Source: Paraspadella gotoi (lineage: Eukaryota > Animalia > Chaetognatha). Taken from it: a stretch of 64,000 bases of DNA. The stretch lies in the NCBI GenBank assembly GCA_051294375.1, contig CM119265.1, forward strand, positions 10,433,042 to 10,497,041, in the 5' to 3' direction. Of this stretch, positions 11,063-24,000 are shown one piece after another. Below the pieces are notes generated by a model, which saw nothing but the letters and a program-made list of their open reading frames with translations, did not search any database and was not told the DNA's origin. Within the stretch, counting starts at the first letter, position 1. Each line of letters begins with the position of its first letter. A program made the translations under genes and the position numbers.

Positions 11063-13144
11063 TTAACAGAAAACCTGGAATTTAATTGAATCAGATGAGT
11101 TTATGCGCGTCGGAGTCAGGACGACTCGACACTCACGGCAGCTCGGTTGCTCCAAGGGAGACTTCGATCTTTGCTTGACGCCAGCAGTTTCCCTGATGAC
11201 CGCCTTTAAGCTTCCTTTTTTTCCGACCGAGAACATTCCCCTCTTGTTCCGCGGTGGCAACGTTCGACGGCCGGCGCTCGGGACGCCTGACTCGGGCTTG
11301 GATCTTGGCCTCACGGATCGGGAGCCCTTGACGTGTTTCCGAATTACGGGGCCGAAATTTTTCTCGTTCTTCTGGGGCGTCTTTAACTCGTCCTGCCTCT
11401 GCTTCATGCGCGATATGAGGTCGTCACAAGCTCCCACTCTCTCATTCTCGTCTTTCTCCACGTCTTCTTCGATCCCCGACGAGGAGACGCTTAGATAGGT
11501 CGTCGGCGGCTGAGACTGGCTCGAGCCGAAGCGCGGTTCCGAACAAAAGGAGAAATCGGACCTGATGGAAGTAGAGTCGAGTTCCAGTCGTAGTTTGGAG
11601 GCGATCTCGATGCCTTGATTCGACGAGAAGCTCTGCTCTATCCAAGAAAACGGCGCGTATTCGCGAGGACCGGAGAAAAGATTGGCCGAGCGTCGACGAG
11701 CCGTTTCGACGTTAGGAGGTCCGGTCGAAGGCTTCGCGAACCTGAATCCTCCCCGTTTTAAATCGACGTCATTTGGAGGCGGTGGATCGGAGCCTCGAGC
11801 GTTTCGTTTGAGGGCGCCAAGAGCGCCGACAGAAATGGAACGGAGAACTTGAGCCTTTTTAGTCGTCGTCGCCGTTGTCGTCTTTTTCTTCCTAGGCGTC
11901 TTCATCCCTATCTTCACCCTTGGCGATTTTTTTTTCGATCCCGGAAATTCGGAAACTCTTTGAGCCGGCGTCAGCTCACCTTCAACAGTCGCGCGAATCG
12001 GTCTTCCACGGCCTCGCCGAGGCTTGTACGAGTGTTCGGTCGGCCCGGGGATCACTTCGATCATCGGCAACGGTTCGGCAAAGCCCCCCTTTTCGTTTCG
12101 ACTTCCGATGTCACGGAGCCATGAGTTTCCGTCGTCGATGTCGACAGTTACCATCGCCATGGAATCGGTCGTTGCACTCTTCGCAGCGTCGCATAAAACT
12201 CCATCCGCTATGGTAACATTTGTATTCTCGAGATTTCCCCCGTTTGCTATGGTGGTGCGGCTGGCCGCTGAATCAATGCTCTTTAATCCCTCTTCCAAAT
12301 ATCCAGCTCGATTCTCATCGACCGGGACGATGTCGATGATTTTAAAAGCGGCTGCGTCGACAACGTCGTCCTCCTCTCTCCGCGGGGTGCTGATGTAGAC
12401 TCTATCCGCGTCAAGGGGGAATCCCGTCGGCAACTTGATCGACTTGGAATTCCCCAAATCATCTTCTTTGCCACTTTCGACGATGGGCGAAGGGGAGCGA
12501 CCTCTCGGAACCGGGGAAAAGTGCCGACAGCGTTGAGAGGCTTCGCGATCTTCGACTGACGGAATCCCGAAAAGAAATTCCGAGCCACTGATGGAATCGC
12601 CTCCCCTGCAGCCTCGCAGCAGCCGCGGCGCCATGCTCTTGCAGCGACGATTCAGAACGATTTCCGCGGAGCGTCTCACGGGGCCAGGGGCGTTGGAGGA
12701 CGGCGGAATTTTGGCGGATAACAGACGTTTTCTGCGCTGGGATCGTCTCGGCGATGGACGCGAAGCCTTGGACTGCGTGTTCGTGATGTCGTCGAGATGT
12801 TTCAAGGCCGGTCTGGAGTTAGTCGCTCGGGGCCAATTATCGTCATCTCCCTGCCTTTCGAGAGGGTCGTCGATGCGATCGGAATTTTCTTCGGGGATCA
12901 GCGTCTGAGAAGTTGCGTCGTGGGAACGAAGATGAACGCAGGATTTGTGCTCAGGGAGAGAGGAGTGAAAACGAAATGCCGGGAGAGCGGGAATGCTGCT
13001 GATGAAGCCGATGATCATATTGCGAACGCAGGGAATGCAAAGATCCTCCTCGTGAACATTCAAACGTCGCTCCAGCCATTCAAGGTTTTTGATGAATTGG
13101 CCGTATTGCGAGAGGCAGGAGCGCAGTTCAGCCTTCCAGTTCAT
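11063..13144 (-). CDS. Uncharacterised basic, largely disordered protein of about 690 aa; essentially one exon, with a possible 2-codon terminal exon at 10855-10860
   Basis: 2.2-kb open frame with the same GC-rich composition as neighbouring exons; first in-frame ATG at 13144; Cys/His-containing N-terminus, AT-hook-like RRGRGRP. Confidence 0.75.
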   Translation of the reverse strand: MNWKAELRSCLSQYGQFIKNLEWLERRLNVHEEDLCIPCVRNMIIGFISSIPALPAFRFHSSLPEHKSCVHLRSHDATSQTLIPEENSDRIDDPLERQGDDDNWPRATNSRPALKHLDDITNTQSKASRPSPRRSQRRKRLLSAKIPPSSNAPGPVRRSAEIVLNRRCKSMAPRLLRGCRGGDSISGSEFLFGIPSVEDREASQRCRHFSPVPRGRSPSPIVESGKEDDLGNSKSIKLPTGFPLDADRVYISTPRREEDDVVDAAAFKIIDIVPVDENRAGYLEEGLKSIDSAASRTTIANGGNLENTNVTIADGVLCDAAKSATTDSMAMVTVDIDDGNSWLRDIGSRNEKGGFAEPLPMIEVIPGPTEHSYKPRRGRGRPIRATVEGELTPAQRVSEFPGSKKKSPRVKIGMKTPRKKKTTTATTTKKAQVLRSISVGALGALKRNARGSDPPPPNDVDLKRGGFRFAKPSTGPPNVETARRRSANLFSGPREYAPFSWIEQSFSSNQGIEIASKLRLELDSTSIRSDFSFCSEPRFGSSQSQPPTTYLSVSSSGIEEDVEKDENERVGACDDLISRMKQRQDELKTPQKNEKNFGPVIRKHVKGSRSVRPRSKPESGVPSAGRRTLPPRNKRGMFSVGKKGSLKAVIRETAGVKQRSKSPLEQPSCRECRVVLTPTRINSSDSIKFQVFC

Positions 13145-13883
13145 TCTCGCGCGACTTTGGCCAAGAATAATTGATCTACGTCTACAACTATCTAGAAAGA
13201 AATTGTCCCGATTTGGACGGGACGTCAAATCGTCGTCCGCTAAAGAACTTTTTAACAAGCGACCCACCGAATCATCTAACTAGAAAAAAATAGTAAACGG
13301 GTTAACTAACTCAAGTTCTCGTAGCTATCGTTTTTACAATTAAGAAATGTGAACACGAGAAAGTAATGAAAAAGGTAAAAATCAGTTTTTTATTCGAGTA
13401 ACAAAACATCAACTTTTCAAAGAAGCATCATGAGACCATGTTGACCATGTTGAATAAAATAAGACGAAGAAACTTTCGGAAAACTTTTTTTAAACACCAT
13501 ATTTAACACCTCCTATATGCCCCATTGCTCATAATTATAGATTAAATCCGCTTCTATAAAAAGAAGCAAAAATTTTTCATGGTTTGTTTTAACTTTCAAT
13601 ATTTACGTGTTAAGTTTAAGAAAATTTACGGAGTCTTATTTATTACACAACACGTTGAGACGTATCGTACGGACCAAGCGCCTTATTTTACGGCGTAAGG
13701 AATTAATATATATAAAAAAACAAAATGAAAATAGCAAGTACAAAAATAGTTATTTTCTAAAAGATATGTAAAATAAAAAAAATGTAAAGGCTTTCTTCAG
13801 TTTTAAAATAATAGCAAAAGAAAAACTTGGTAACGAGAAGTTATATATTGCGAGCGTTGGCAAGGAACGCGGCGGCGACGTCA

Positions 13884-15047
13884 CTATTTCTTCCTAAAGA
13901 CGGGAATGCCGTAAGTGATGACGGCGCGCCCGTTGGCGTGCTTGCACTTGAGCTTCTCGCAGGCTTTGTCCAACACCTTCGACAAAGGGATCTTTTCGCC
14001 CGGCGTCGTCTCTTTAAGCCAGTAATCGAGCATGTCCTGTTATATTTAAAAATAAGTTTTATTCATCAATGATTGAATAAGTATTTAAATAATCTTCAAA
14101 CAAGAAGACGAATATAAGACTTCTTTCAATTATATTAACAGATACTGACCTGCGTGAAGATATCGATGTCACGGTCAGTGATTTCCCAAAGAGCGGTTAC
14201 GGTCGCCGGCGAGCAGCCGATGATGAAGGGGATCACGCGACCCCAAGGCTCCAAATTCCCACCTAAGATGATAATGGAGGTAAAACACTTAATATTTTCA
14301 ATGGCAGTGTTGCAGAACATGGACTTAAAAATCAGCTCAACATATAAATCTTCAATGACTTATACCGACCCAGACTAGCGAGCAATCCGCTGCTGCAGCC
14401 AATCAGTAGACAGACGGCGCGAATGACTTCCCGCTGGACGTCCTCTTTGCCCAGAAAGACGGCGCCGGAACCGTGACCGCAGTACATGTAAATGTCCTGA
14501 ACGAAAAAAAATGGTAAATTCCAACAGAGAAAGAGCCATGGTCCATTGCTACTCACTTTGGTCCTGATTTCTCGCAGCGCCACTTCGGTCGCGGGCTCGA
14601 CTCCCACAACTCCGTCCCATTGAGGGAAGGATTTCTCGACCCAAATGTTCATCCTGACACGCGATCCCGCCAAATTCGAGGCCGGATCGATGAGATACCA
14701 TCCCTGTTTTAAAGAATTTAAAAAAATCTTAAAAGTATAGTGATTCGCCAGACGTTACTAAAAAATCCGAAAAAAAAACCCGAATGATTAATGCGATAAC
14801 GAATTATTAATGTAATAGTAATTTATTGATGTAATAATAATTGATTATTGAGTAATAATAATTGATTATTGAGTAATAATAATTGATTATTGATGCGATG
14901 ATAACCAATTATTGATGCGATGATAACCAAATGATTGATGCGATGATAACCAAATAATTGATGCGATGATAACCAAATGATTGATGCGATGATAACCAAA
15001 TGATTGATGCGATGATAGTCATTCATCGATGTGATGAGATGAAAAAC

Positions 15048-15085
<38 letters not shown>

Positions 15086-18000
15086 AAAAAGATAAAAAGA
15101 AGCTGGACAGCCGCTGCAGAGCTTAACTCGTTTTTAGACGAATCAGAAGCAGCGACGGAAAAAAATAGAGAGAGAGCGACATATATTTAAAAGAGAGAGA
15201 TAAAGAGCCTGACAGCCGCAGCAGAGCTGAACTCGTCTATATATATAAAAATTGTTTTGTAAATAAAACAAACAAACGAGTGGAGGAATATGAAACATAA
15301 AAATTTAAAAGACCTCAATGATGAGAGGCCATATCTAAATTTTTAGCTTCCTATGGTTACACATTTGAGCTATTTTCAATGATAAAACAGCGTGACGACG
15401 ATGACGGCACAAAGAAGCAATACGAAATGGTTATCTACGGCCAAGACGGGCTTACATGTTCATTGGCAAGTTATCAGTATAAACAATAAAATAAGGAGAA
15501 CCATCCGCTAAAGGCTTTCTCACAGGACCTTATTTCCGTCAACGCCTCCTTCGCGGTAAAGAGCCGCTTGGTCCAAAAGGACGGGGAGAAATAAAGCGGA
15601 GGGAAGGCGCGTGGTGGACGAATTGAGGGCGAGGGATGGAAATCGTTCCACAGGCATCACTTGGAGGTGACCGTCCAATACTGAAGAAAAAGAAAAATCC
15701 TTAATCCTTATTGAAAATAATAAAATGACGATGTAACCCTGTTGACTAAGTTCAACCCGCCTATAAGCATTACACTTTCAGTTGTGACCCGGTGGCTTAT
15801 TTAATAAAACCATCAGCTCATGACGAGGAACCGGTTTCAATCCCAATCCGGTACCTACCCTGTGGGAAGCGTGAGGTCGGCCTTTACCGCCTTGGGGGCC
15901 TGGTAAACCCCCAAGCCTGGTTCTATAGGAGTGGGACTCAGGTTATGAATTACATTGTATATATTATTTGTCAGGTTCCCGGCCGATGTACCACTATAGG
16001 AAAGGGACTCAGGTTATGAATTATACGTTATTTGTTACTTGCACCTTCAGTGATAGTAAATTTTTTTACAATAGCTAAATAACTAAATACAAATATAATT
16101 TATCTTTATTAATATAATTATTGTTTATTCAATAAAAATATTCAATACTTTATATATTGCGCAAAGACTTCAGAGACATGGGACTCTCACATGAGAGTAC
16201 TTCCCATGATCCAAGCTGACCATTGATTTTACCTTTGAATAATAAAATATTTATTAGTTATGAAAAGGTCAGCCAGAATAGAGAGAAACTCTTAATTATG
16301 AATGTCATAATTATTCTATAATATTATCATAAAATTGTCTACAAATTAATTAAAATACTAAACAATATAGAAAAGCATTATAAAATCCAAAAATATACCT
16401 AATAATAAAATAGAACCTAAATCAATTGAACTTAAAATGATTTACTACTATATGCAAATGAGATTGATGAAATTTCAATCTTATTAAGTATCGTTCTAAG
16501 AATATCTCTTCCAAGCTCAGGACCCGTTCCATGGCTGCTGAGAGGGCATAGAAGTTACGGATAGTAGTCTTCAGCCCACTAAGCGCCTTATCCACAACCC
16601 TAATACTAGCGGTAGCCGACCAAATTCAAAATTGGGAAAAACCAGAATCAATTAAAAAAACTTAAAATATAAAAAAAAAATTGTTTACATTATATAGCAA
16701 AATAATAATTTTAATTAGCGAATTACTCATGGTTCGGAACTTTTTTGCAAAAAAATATTTTAACACAATAACTAATACTAATAATGGATTCGTTTAATAC
16801 TGTTCCCATTAAAATTTGAATTTGGTCGGCTACCGCTACCTAAACTAGAGAAAGATAGCTAGTCGCATTTCTTGAAAAAGAAAGTCGTAAACACGCCCAA
16901 TACTTACCCAAGACGACGGGACTGAATTGAGTGAGGATCTTTTTCAACTTTGTTCCTTGAGGACAAACAGCTTCCTCCAGCATATTCTCCAGCTTTCTGA
17001 GAATCTCTTGGGACTCAATGATGGAAAGCTGCGCGCCAATGAGCTGCTGGACAGCCTCGACGCGAAGCGCGGGGGTCAGTGTTTGATAGGACTTCAGCAG
17101 CGCTTGCATTAAGATTGGCGGGAGTGTCTCTCCGAGTTCTTCGGATACGGTTGGCAGGAGCTGCAAAGCCCGCGCCGTGAGGCCCGGCCAGTCGAGCTCT
17201 GTTAAGGATGAAGTTTTTTTTTTAAATCGCGGCACTTTACTGCTTTTTTTTCGATCATCACCTTCCCCGTTCTGAGCAACAACGTTGCCAAGAAGCAGGC
17301 CGATCCAGGGGCCCAGCAAATCCCGTTCAGCGTTCGCGAGAAAGACGGCCATGTTGCGGTCCTCGGATTCCCGTTTGGCCCAGTACGAGACCAGATCGTC
17401 GTGACCTTTCTTGACGGAATCAAGGTTGGCCTCCAGTTGGCGCTGGTAGCTGGAGAGGAGACGAGGGTTGAAGGGGAAGGTCAGACTGCAGAGGAAGGTC
17501 TCCAGCGAGTAAAGAGACACGAGGAGAAGCGAAGTGGAGGAAGGTTTGGCCGAGACGGAAGGCAGAATGGGGGAAGAGTCGACCACTTGTAATTGAACCA
17601 ATTTCCATGAGGAAGGAAGAGATTCTGGCGAAAAATTGTATTTTATTTACAGGTAATTAAATATATATATATATACTACAATTTTTCATTCATACATCTC
17701 TAACCAGTGAATTGAATGCGTGGGAAATTACCAGAAATTCTCGAAAATATTTGCTGCGATGTTTGATTAAATTTCATCATGCTAGTCGTGGGTTTGCAGA
17801 GCGACGGGGCTTCCTTCATATAACCGAAATTAGTTCTTATCACAAATTTTGACGAGTTTAATAGGCACATGTGGCGAAAGGCTAGACCCGTGGATTGAAG
17901 GGCCATCGAGAAGCAAGAAACAGAATCATCGGGACCTGAAGAATTAGGGGGAAAAGGATAGAAGGGAGTAGCGAGTCGTTTTTCTCTTTAGAATCGTATT

Positions 18001-21000
18001 CCAAAAATTTACCCTTTAACATGGCCAGCCGTTCAAAACATTTGCGGGCCACAAAACCCCCGGGTGAAGCGGCCATTAAATCTACGGCCTTCTGCGCCAA
18101 TTGAATGGCACGCCCGAGGGCGAATGTCTCAACGCCACCTACATAAGCATCGCCGGCGTTGTTTTCGAGATCATCGCGGTCTCCGTCGAAGAGTTTAAGC
18201 TTGGGACGCACTTTTCCGTTTGGACTGTCGCGTCGCATGACCTCGGCATCCATCACATGGTGGCTCTTGATCTTGGTCTCGACACCGCGCTCACTTTTCA
18301 CCAAGGGTTCGAGCAGTAGGCTTGGCGACGGAAACACGTTGTCAATTATTTCGTCCTCGTGATTCATCAAGACGCTGACGTTGACGAGTTGATCGTCATC
18401 CTCTCCCGCGCGAACCGTCTCCCCGGACGACGCATCAACGCCGCGCTTCGTGCGCGTGGAGGTACGCGTCTTAGGTCGGTCGTCAGCGCTGCCGCAATTG
18501 CTCGTCAAGGCTCTCTTTTGACTCGCGAATCTCATGGTCGGAGATGAAGTCAGCTTTATCTTCTGCATCCCGTCCTCAACTTTTTCGATCGCGAGGTCAT
18601 CGTCGCCGTTCTTCTTCGGTCTCCCTCGACGACGTTTTGTCTGGGAGACGTCGCCCGAGTCGTCTTCGCCAGTTTCTTCGAGCTTTCGACGAGGTGACGT
18701 CTTTTTCGTAAAAATGTCATCCTCTTCGACGCTGCTCTCCGACGAACTTGGCATCACGAAACGCTTCGGCGACACTTTGAAGGTTTTTTTGCGCCCGCGG
18801 ACGATTGTATTCGAAGATCCGTCGCCACTCAACGACGCCGGCATTCGGCGCAGCGACCCGTTGTCTTCCGGAGACGACGTAACCTCGAGCACGATGGTCG
18901 GGACATTCTGTCGAGCTTCGGATCCTTTGGGTTTAGATTCGGACGGAGACAACGGTTTTGCGTGCGGAGTCGCTCGAGCTTTTCTAATCGCCGAAAATGA
19001 CTGTAGAGGGGGACTAATTAACCGGCCGCTCTTAGAATTCCCCTCAGAACATTTAGTGTAGGTAGAGGGAAGTTTAACTTTGATCTTTTGATCTTTAGGC
19101 GTTTGCACGGAGGATTTCCGGGCCCTTGGCGTAGACGGCTCGACCAAGCTGACTTTGGCGGTACGACTTTTGGTCACACGTTTCTTAGGAGCCTTGGGCA
19201 ACTCTAACTTGACTTCAGTTTTGTCATCTTCAACACCGGCCTTTGCTTTAGACTCCGAGCAGTCCTCGAACACAAAGAAAGCTGGTTGATTCGAGGCCGA
19301 CTTGAGCTCCGGGGGAGAGACGTTTTTGGGTTTGTTAAGATTGGTCATCTCGCCCGCCGACGCTTTCTTCACGCGTTTCGGGGGACAATTTTCGGCGTTG
19401 AATTTAGATTTATTAGCAGAAGTGGATAAGGATTGTTTGCTAGAAGGGTCATCGCTACCGCGGAGTAGAATTTGAAATTGGGCGCCAAGATTTTCGGTCG
19501 ACTTCTTTGCCGGAGAGACAAGCAAATTCCACGAGGGCGAAATCATCCGTTCATTGACGGACAACGATTTGCCCAGGGAGAAGAGGTAGAGGTAATGAGA
19601 CGTGCCCAATGTGGCAGGACTTACGACAACGGGCCAGTTACTATGGTCGCCCTCGTCGACGACACGTTTCAGTAGAGATTGCCCTTCGCCGATGCGACCA
19701 AGGAGCATTAGACCTTCGGCCTTGAGATTATGAGCGCGGAGAAGGTCGTCAAAGAAAGGCTCGGCAGGATGAGTCGGCGAGTTACGGCACATTTCGCGCC
19801 CGGGCAAAAACTTGGCCCACGCCTCACCCTTTCGTTTCCAAGTATCAGTGCACTTTTTGATAACCTTGACAGCGGCGTCGGCAGCATGGCACGCCTGCAG
19901 CGGCGCGTCCTGCTTTAACAGCAGGCTCGAGTGTTGCAGCATCATTTCGACTAGGCACTGTTGGTACGGAGAGTCAGCGCAGTGCGAGCAAACGCAGCCA
20001 TCGTCGTGGGAAACAAAGGAAGGCACACAACTGGCGGTGCGTTTGAGGAATGGAGAGGAAGATTTGAAGGAGGCAGAAGGGGAGCCTTCGGATTTGAGTC
20101 GAACTTGATCAACCTATTCAAGATCAAGAGCATATAATATTTTTTGAATAATAAAAATTGTTATAACATACATGTATTCCTTAGAACACTAACTCAGTAC
20201 CCCATGTAAGAGCAAATATGCCCTCCTATATCCCACCTTGGGCAAAATGTAGGAGGCGTCGTCCTCATCGTCCTCCAACAAAGATTCGATCAACGGGGAT
20301 TTGTTCCCGACAACTCCGGCCAGTTTGAGATGCGCGAGGAAGGCGTCGCCGGGGGAGTTGAGCACAAACGCCACCTCCTTAAGTCGCGACTCGGCCATCA
20401 ACTTGGCGTCCATCAAAATATCGCGGGACGCGCGGGCAAGCATTATCTTTGCCATCCAGTGAGGAAGACCGAAGCGTTCCGCGACCTTTTTTTTCGGGGG
20501 GGGGGATAAGTAATTTAGGAAAAACTGACACGAGCCAGTTGGCGCTTTTTAACAAAAACCTGAAAGGCCTCTTTGTAGAGAAACCCGCTCTCCCTTATCC
20601 ATTCTGTCTCGTCGCACATCTTGCAAAAAAAGATGTAGACGCTGATGATGGCGAAAGTCGTTTCGACGACGTTGAAGTCTCGATTCCCTCGAGCCTGCTT
20701 GACGACGGTCTTGGCCAGGCTCTCGCTTAGACGAGAAGCGAACTGCAGGATCGCCAGAGACGATTCCCACGGTTCGGCAGAGGCTGCATACGGCGCCATC
20801 GACGGAGGAAGGATTAATTGGGCGCCGCGAAGGCAGCAGAGTTCCACCAAAACTCTGTTAAAAACAATCGATTTTGGGTCGCATTGTAAATTTATTAAGA
20901 AAAGTAAATTCGTCAATTGTTTAGTGTCTAGTGTGTATTTCATTGAACGTAATTTAAAAAAAATAATATAGTGGTCTTTTCATACATGAAACATTCTTTG

Positions 21001-24000
21001 AAACATTATACCACTTCATTGATAGGGAAGACAGGTAATCTGGGAGTGAATAAACGAGAATGTAAGAGTCTGGATTGAAAGCTTGCAGGGACCTGCTATG
21101 TCATTATCTTGTAAGAGTGATGGAGGCCTTAAACCACCTAAGCCTGTCCAAAGTCAGGGGCAAGATAGTTTATTTATTGAATAAGATAATTTTGTAAAAT
21201 GTTACTTTCTAGGAAAAAAGTATATATTTTTAATAAAAGATATCTACTCGAAAACTTATTTTAAAAAGATCAGAACATATCCAAATCTTTATTGAATTTC
21301 CTTTCAGTAGCTTCCTTCTATTTTTTTGTAGGTCAAATCGTTTAGAAGTTACAGGCAAAAAAATATTGTTACTTCAAATGAAAAATGGCGAAAAAAAGGA
21401 TTTAATTTTCCACCATTTTTAATATTTAATTATTTGTTTTTATTTTAAACAATTACATATTTTTTTTAATATTTTTTTAATTTGGCAATGCTTTGCCTTT
21501 GCCTTTGCTTTGCCTTGCACCTCTTTCTGGTTCAAAAAAGTATTATTACAGCTCTCAGAAAATAGGGAAAGATGCGCAACTTTAATATCGGGGCTGCGCA
21601 GAATTGCGTTAAAGATGTCGAAAAACATTTCACTGTCATACCTCAATTTGCTGTATAAGAGCATACCCAGACAAAGGCAGGCATTAGGTGATGCTGAGAA
21701 AGGGTATACTAAATATTGAGAATATTATCATAATGTTTTACCCATGTTTTATATACTTTTTATTGAATAAATGAATTATGTCATATACTTTTTTCCTAGA
21801 TAGTATATTGGTTGTACCAATTTCATAAAACCTTATTTTTTCCTTTCTAAAAAAAAACAAAAAACTTACTGCCTATCCATTCCCTTGGCGTTGGCCATCA
21901 TCTCTTTGACGATTGCGTCCGAGACATCGTGATCTTTGATTCTGAAGGCGTGAATGGCCCTGGCCAGCTTGAGATGGGGGCTGGAGTCGCGCTCCGCTGC
22001 CAAGGCACAGTCGGCGTCGATCCATGCGAGGGCACGTCCAGCAGCCTCGTAGTGACGCTGGCGGCAGAGCATAAGCGAGATCTTTGAAACGAGGAAAACA
22101 ATCTCGGAGCGTAGCTGAGGGATACCGGTATGAAAATAATCAAAACACGACAATATGCGAATGAGATTAAGTATGATAAATTTGTATTCTATTTCCCTGA
22201 AGGTCTAATATTAATATTTTACATTAGAAAATGCTTGTGGTTTAATTAATAGCTAAATAATTAATGATTTAATTTTTATAATTACTTAATTATACTTGTG
22301 ATTCCGGCTGACTTCACCGACAATTAATAATATACAGGGGTGGACCATAATAGAACAAAACTTAACGTCCTGCCCTGTCTGAACGATTTGCTTTTTTATA
22401 GTTTCCCTACTTATTTTAATTTTATTTAGGTTGAAAATGGTTGGCACTTATCCCTACAGATATTGAGTTTGTTCAGCTAATTTCAATTTTATAATAAGGA
22501 AAAATCAGAGACTCTTCTTGATTAAAATTTATTTATTCTCATCAGATGTTTTGTACCAATCAACTTTGTCACTTTCTGATGCTTTTAATGATCGCGATTC
22601 TGATCGATTTTAATGGGACCTGGACCAATCGCTTTATCTTTCAATAAGCTTTGTTTTATGTTTCTATATCCAGTGAAATTCATCCATCCAATATAGTTTT
22701 TTTCGTTGTGAAAGAAGTGTCTTCTTTTTTTGCGCCGCAGTGTAAGTTAGATTTTATATGAGAATTTTTTTTTATAATAACAAAACACCAATATGACTTT
22801 TTATCCCCCCAAATTTTTTATTTTTATATCAGATAAATTTTGGCAGATTAATTTGTGAATAATTAGTTAATAATTATTATCATTAATAATTATTATTACT
22901 CTAAAGGTTTAATATAATATTAATTAATTAATGATTTCTTGTAATTTCTTGTAATTCCAGCTGACTTTTCTAAGTTTAATAAGGTCATTTCGTCAGTTAG
23001 GATTACAAGGGTCGGTTTGAACCACTATGCCCTAGCAAGCTCAACACTTAGTTTTAGCAGTAATTAAGATAATAACAAGACATTGCTATCCTTTAATAGG
23101 TCGATACTTGAATACATTGCAAGCCTAACTCTCTAGCTCATTAGTCTTACCAAGATTCTTGGCAAGAAGCCAGTCAAGTAGCCTTCAAACCATTAAGTAA
23201 GTCACTAGTTAATTATCCACTGAACCTATATTTGTAAATGGTCATTGGTCAACCTATGATCAATGAGTCTTTTAAATGATGTTCTTCAAAGAATTGTCTC
23301 CATCATATTAACCGATGTTATGATTAATCAGGGTAACCATTCTCATACAGCTATATCGCCCTCTTATAGTTTTGCTTAACCCTATTATAAAATTTATAAT
23401 CAGCATTAAAAATTGTTAAATTGTAAAACACTGTTAAAATTTGGACGAAAAAATGAAGAAACGTGAACTCACCATACGAGCCTTCGCGAACTCGAGACCC
23501 AGGCTCAGAGACTCTAGAGCTTGATCGGGGCAGGAGGCGAGCTCCCAATAGGCGGCCATGAGGTAGCAGACTTGAACGAGATCGAAGGGAAAGCGAAGAG
23601 AATCAGATCGCTTGTGAAACGCGCCCGACCGGAGAAGGTTGAGAGACATTTCGAGATTTTCGAGAGTTCGACTCTGCATCGAGACGGTGACGAAATTCGT
23701 GCAGGAATCCGTATCGGCCGCGTGAGACTCATCGTCGCCCTCGGGATTATCCGCAGACGGGAGTCGGTTCGGCGAAGCGTTGGCTTCCTCTTGCGCCTTT
23801 TGTTTAGCGGCGATCGTCTCCGCCAATCGCGTCGTCGTGATCACGTGCGTCATAAGATAAGCTGTAAAATATGATTATTATAATCATTTTTTTCGTTGTT
23901 TTGGAGGGATTAGCAAAGTTTTTAATTTTGTACAACGATTTTATTTAATAAGATGCAGACATCTCTAATAATGTTCTAATTCGCAAATGCCAAGCGCTGA

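Noticed and set aside
21440-21664. 74-aa ORF as a separase exon needing unusual splice sites
   Set aside because: It lies inside MITE G; the flanking exons join directly in phase 2 (CA|gtaagt ... taacag|A)
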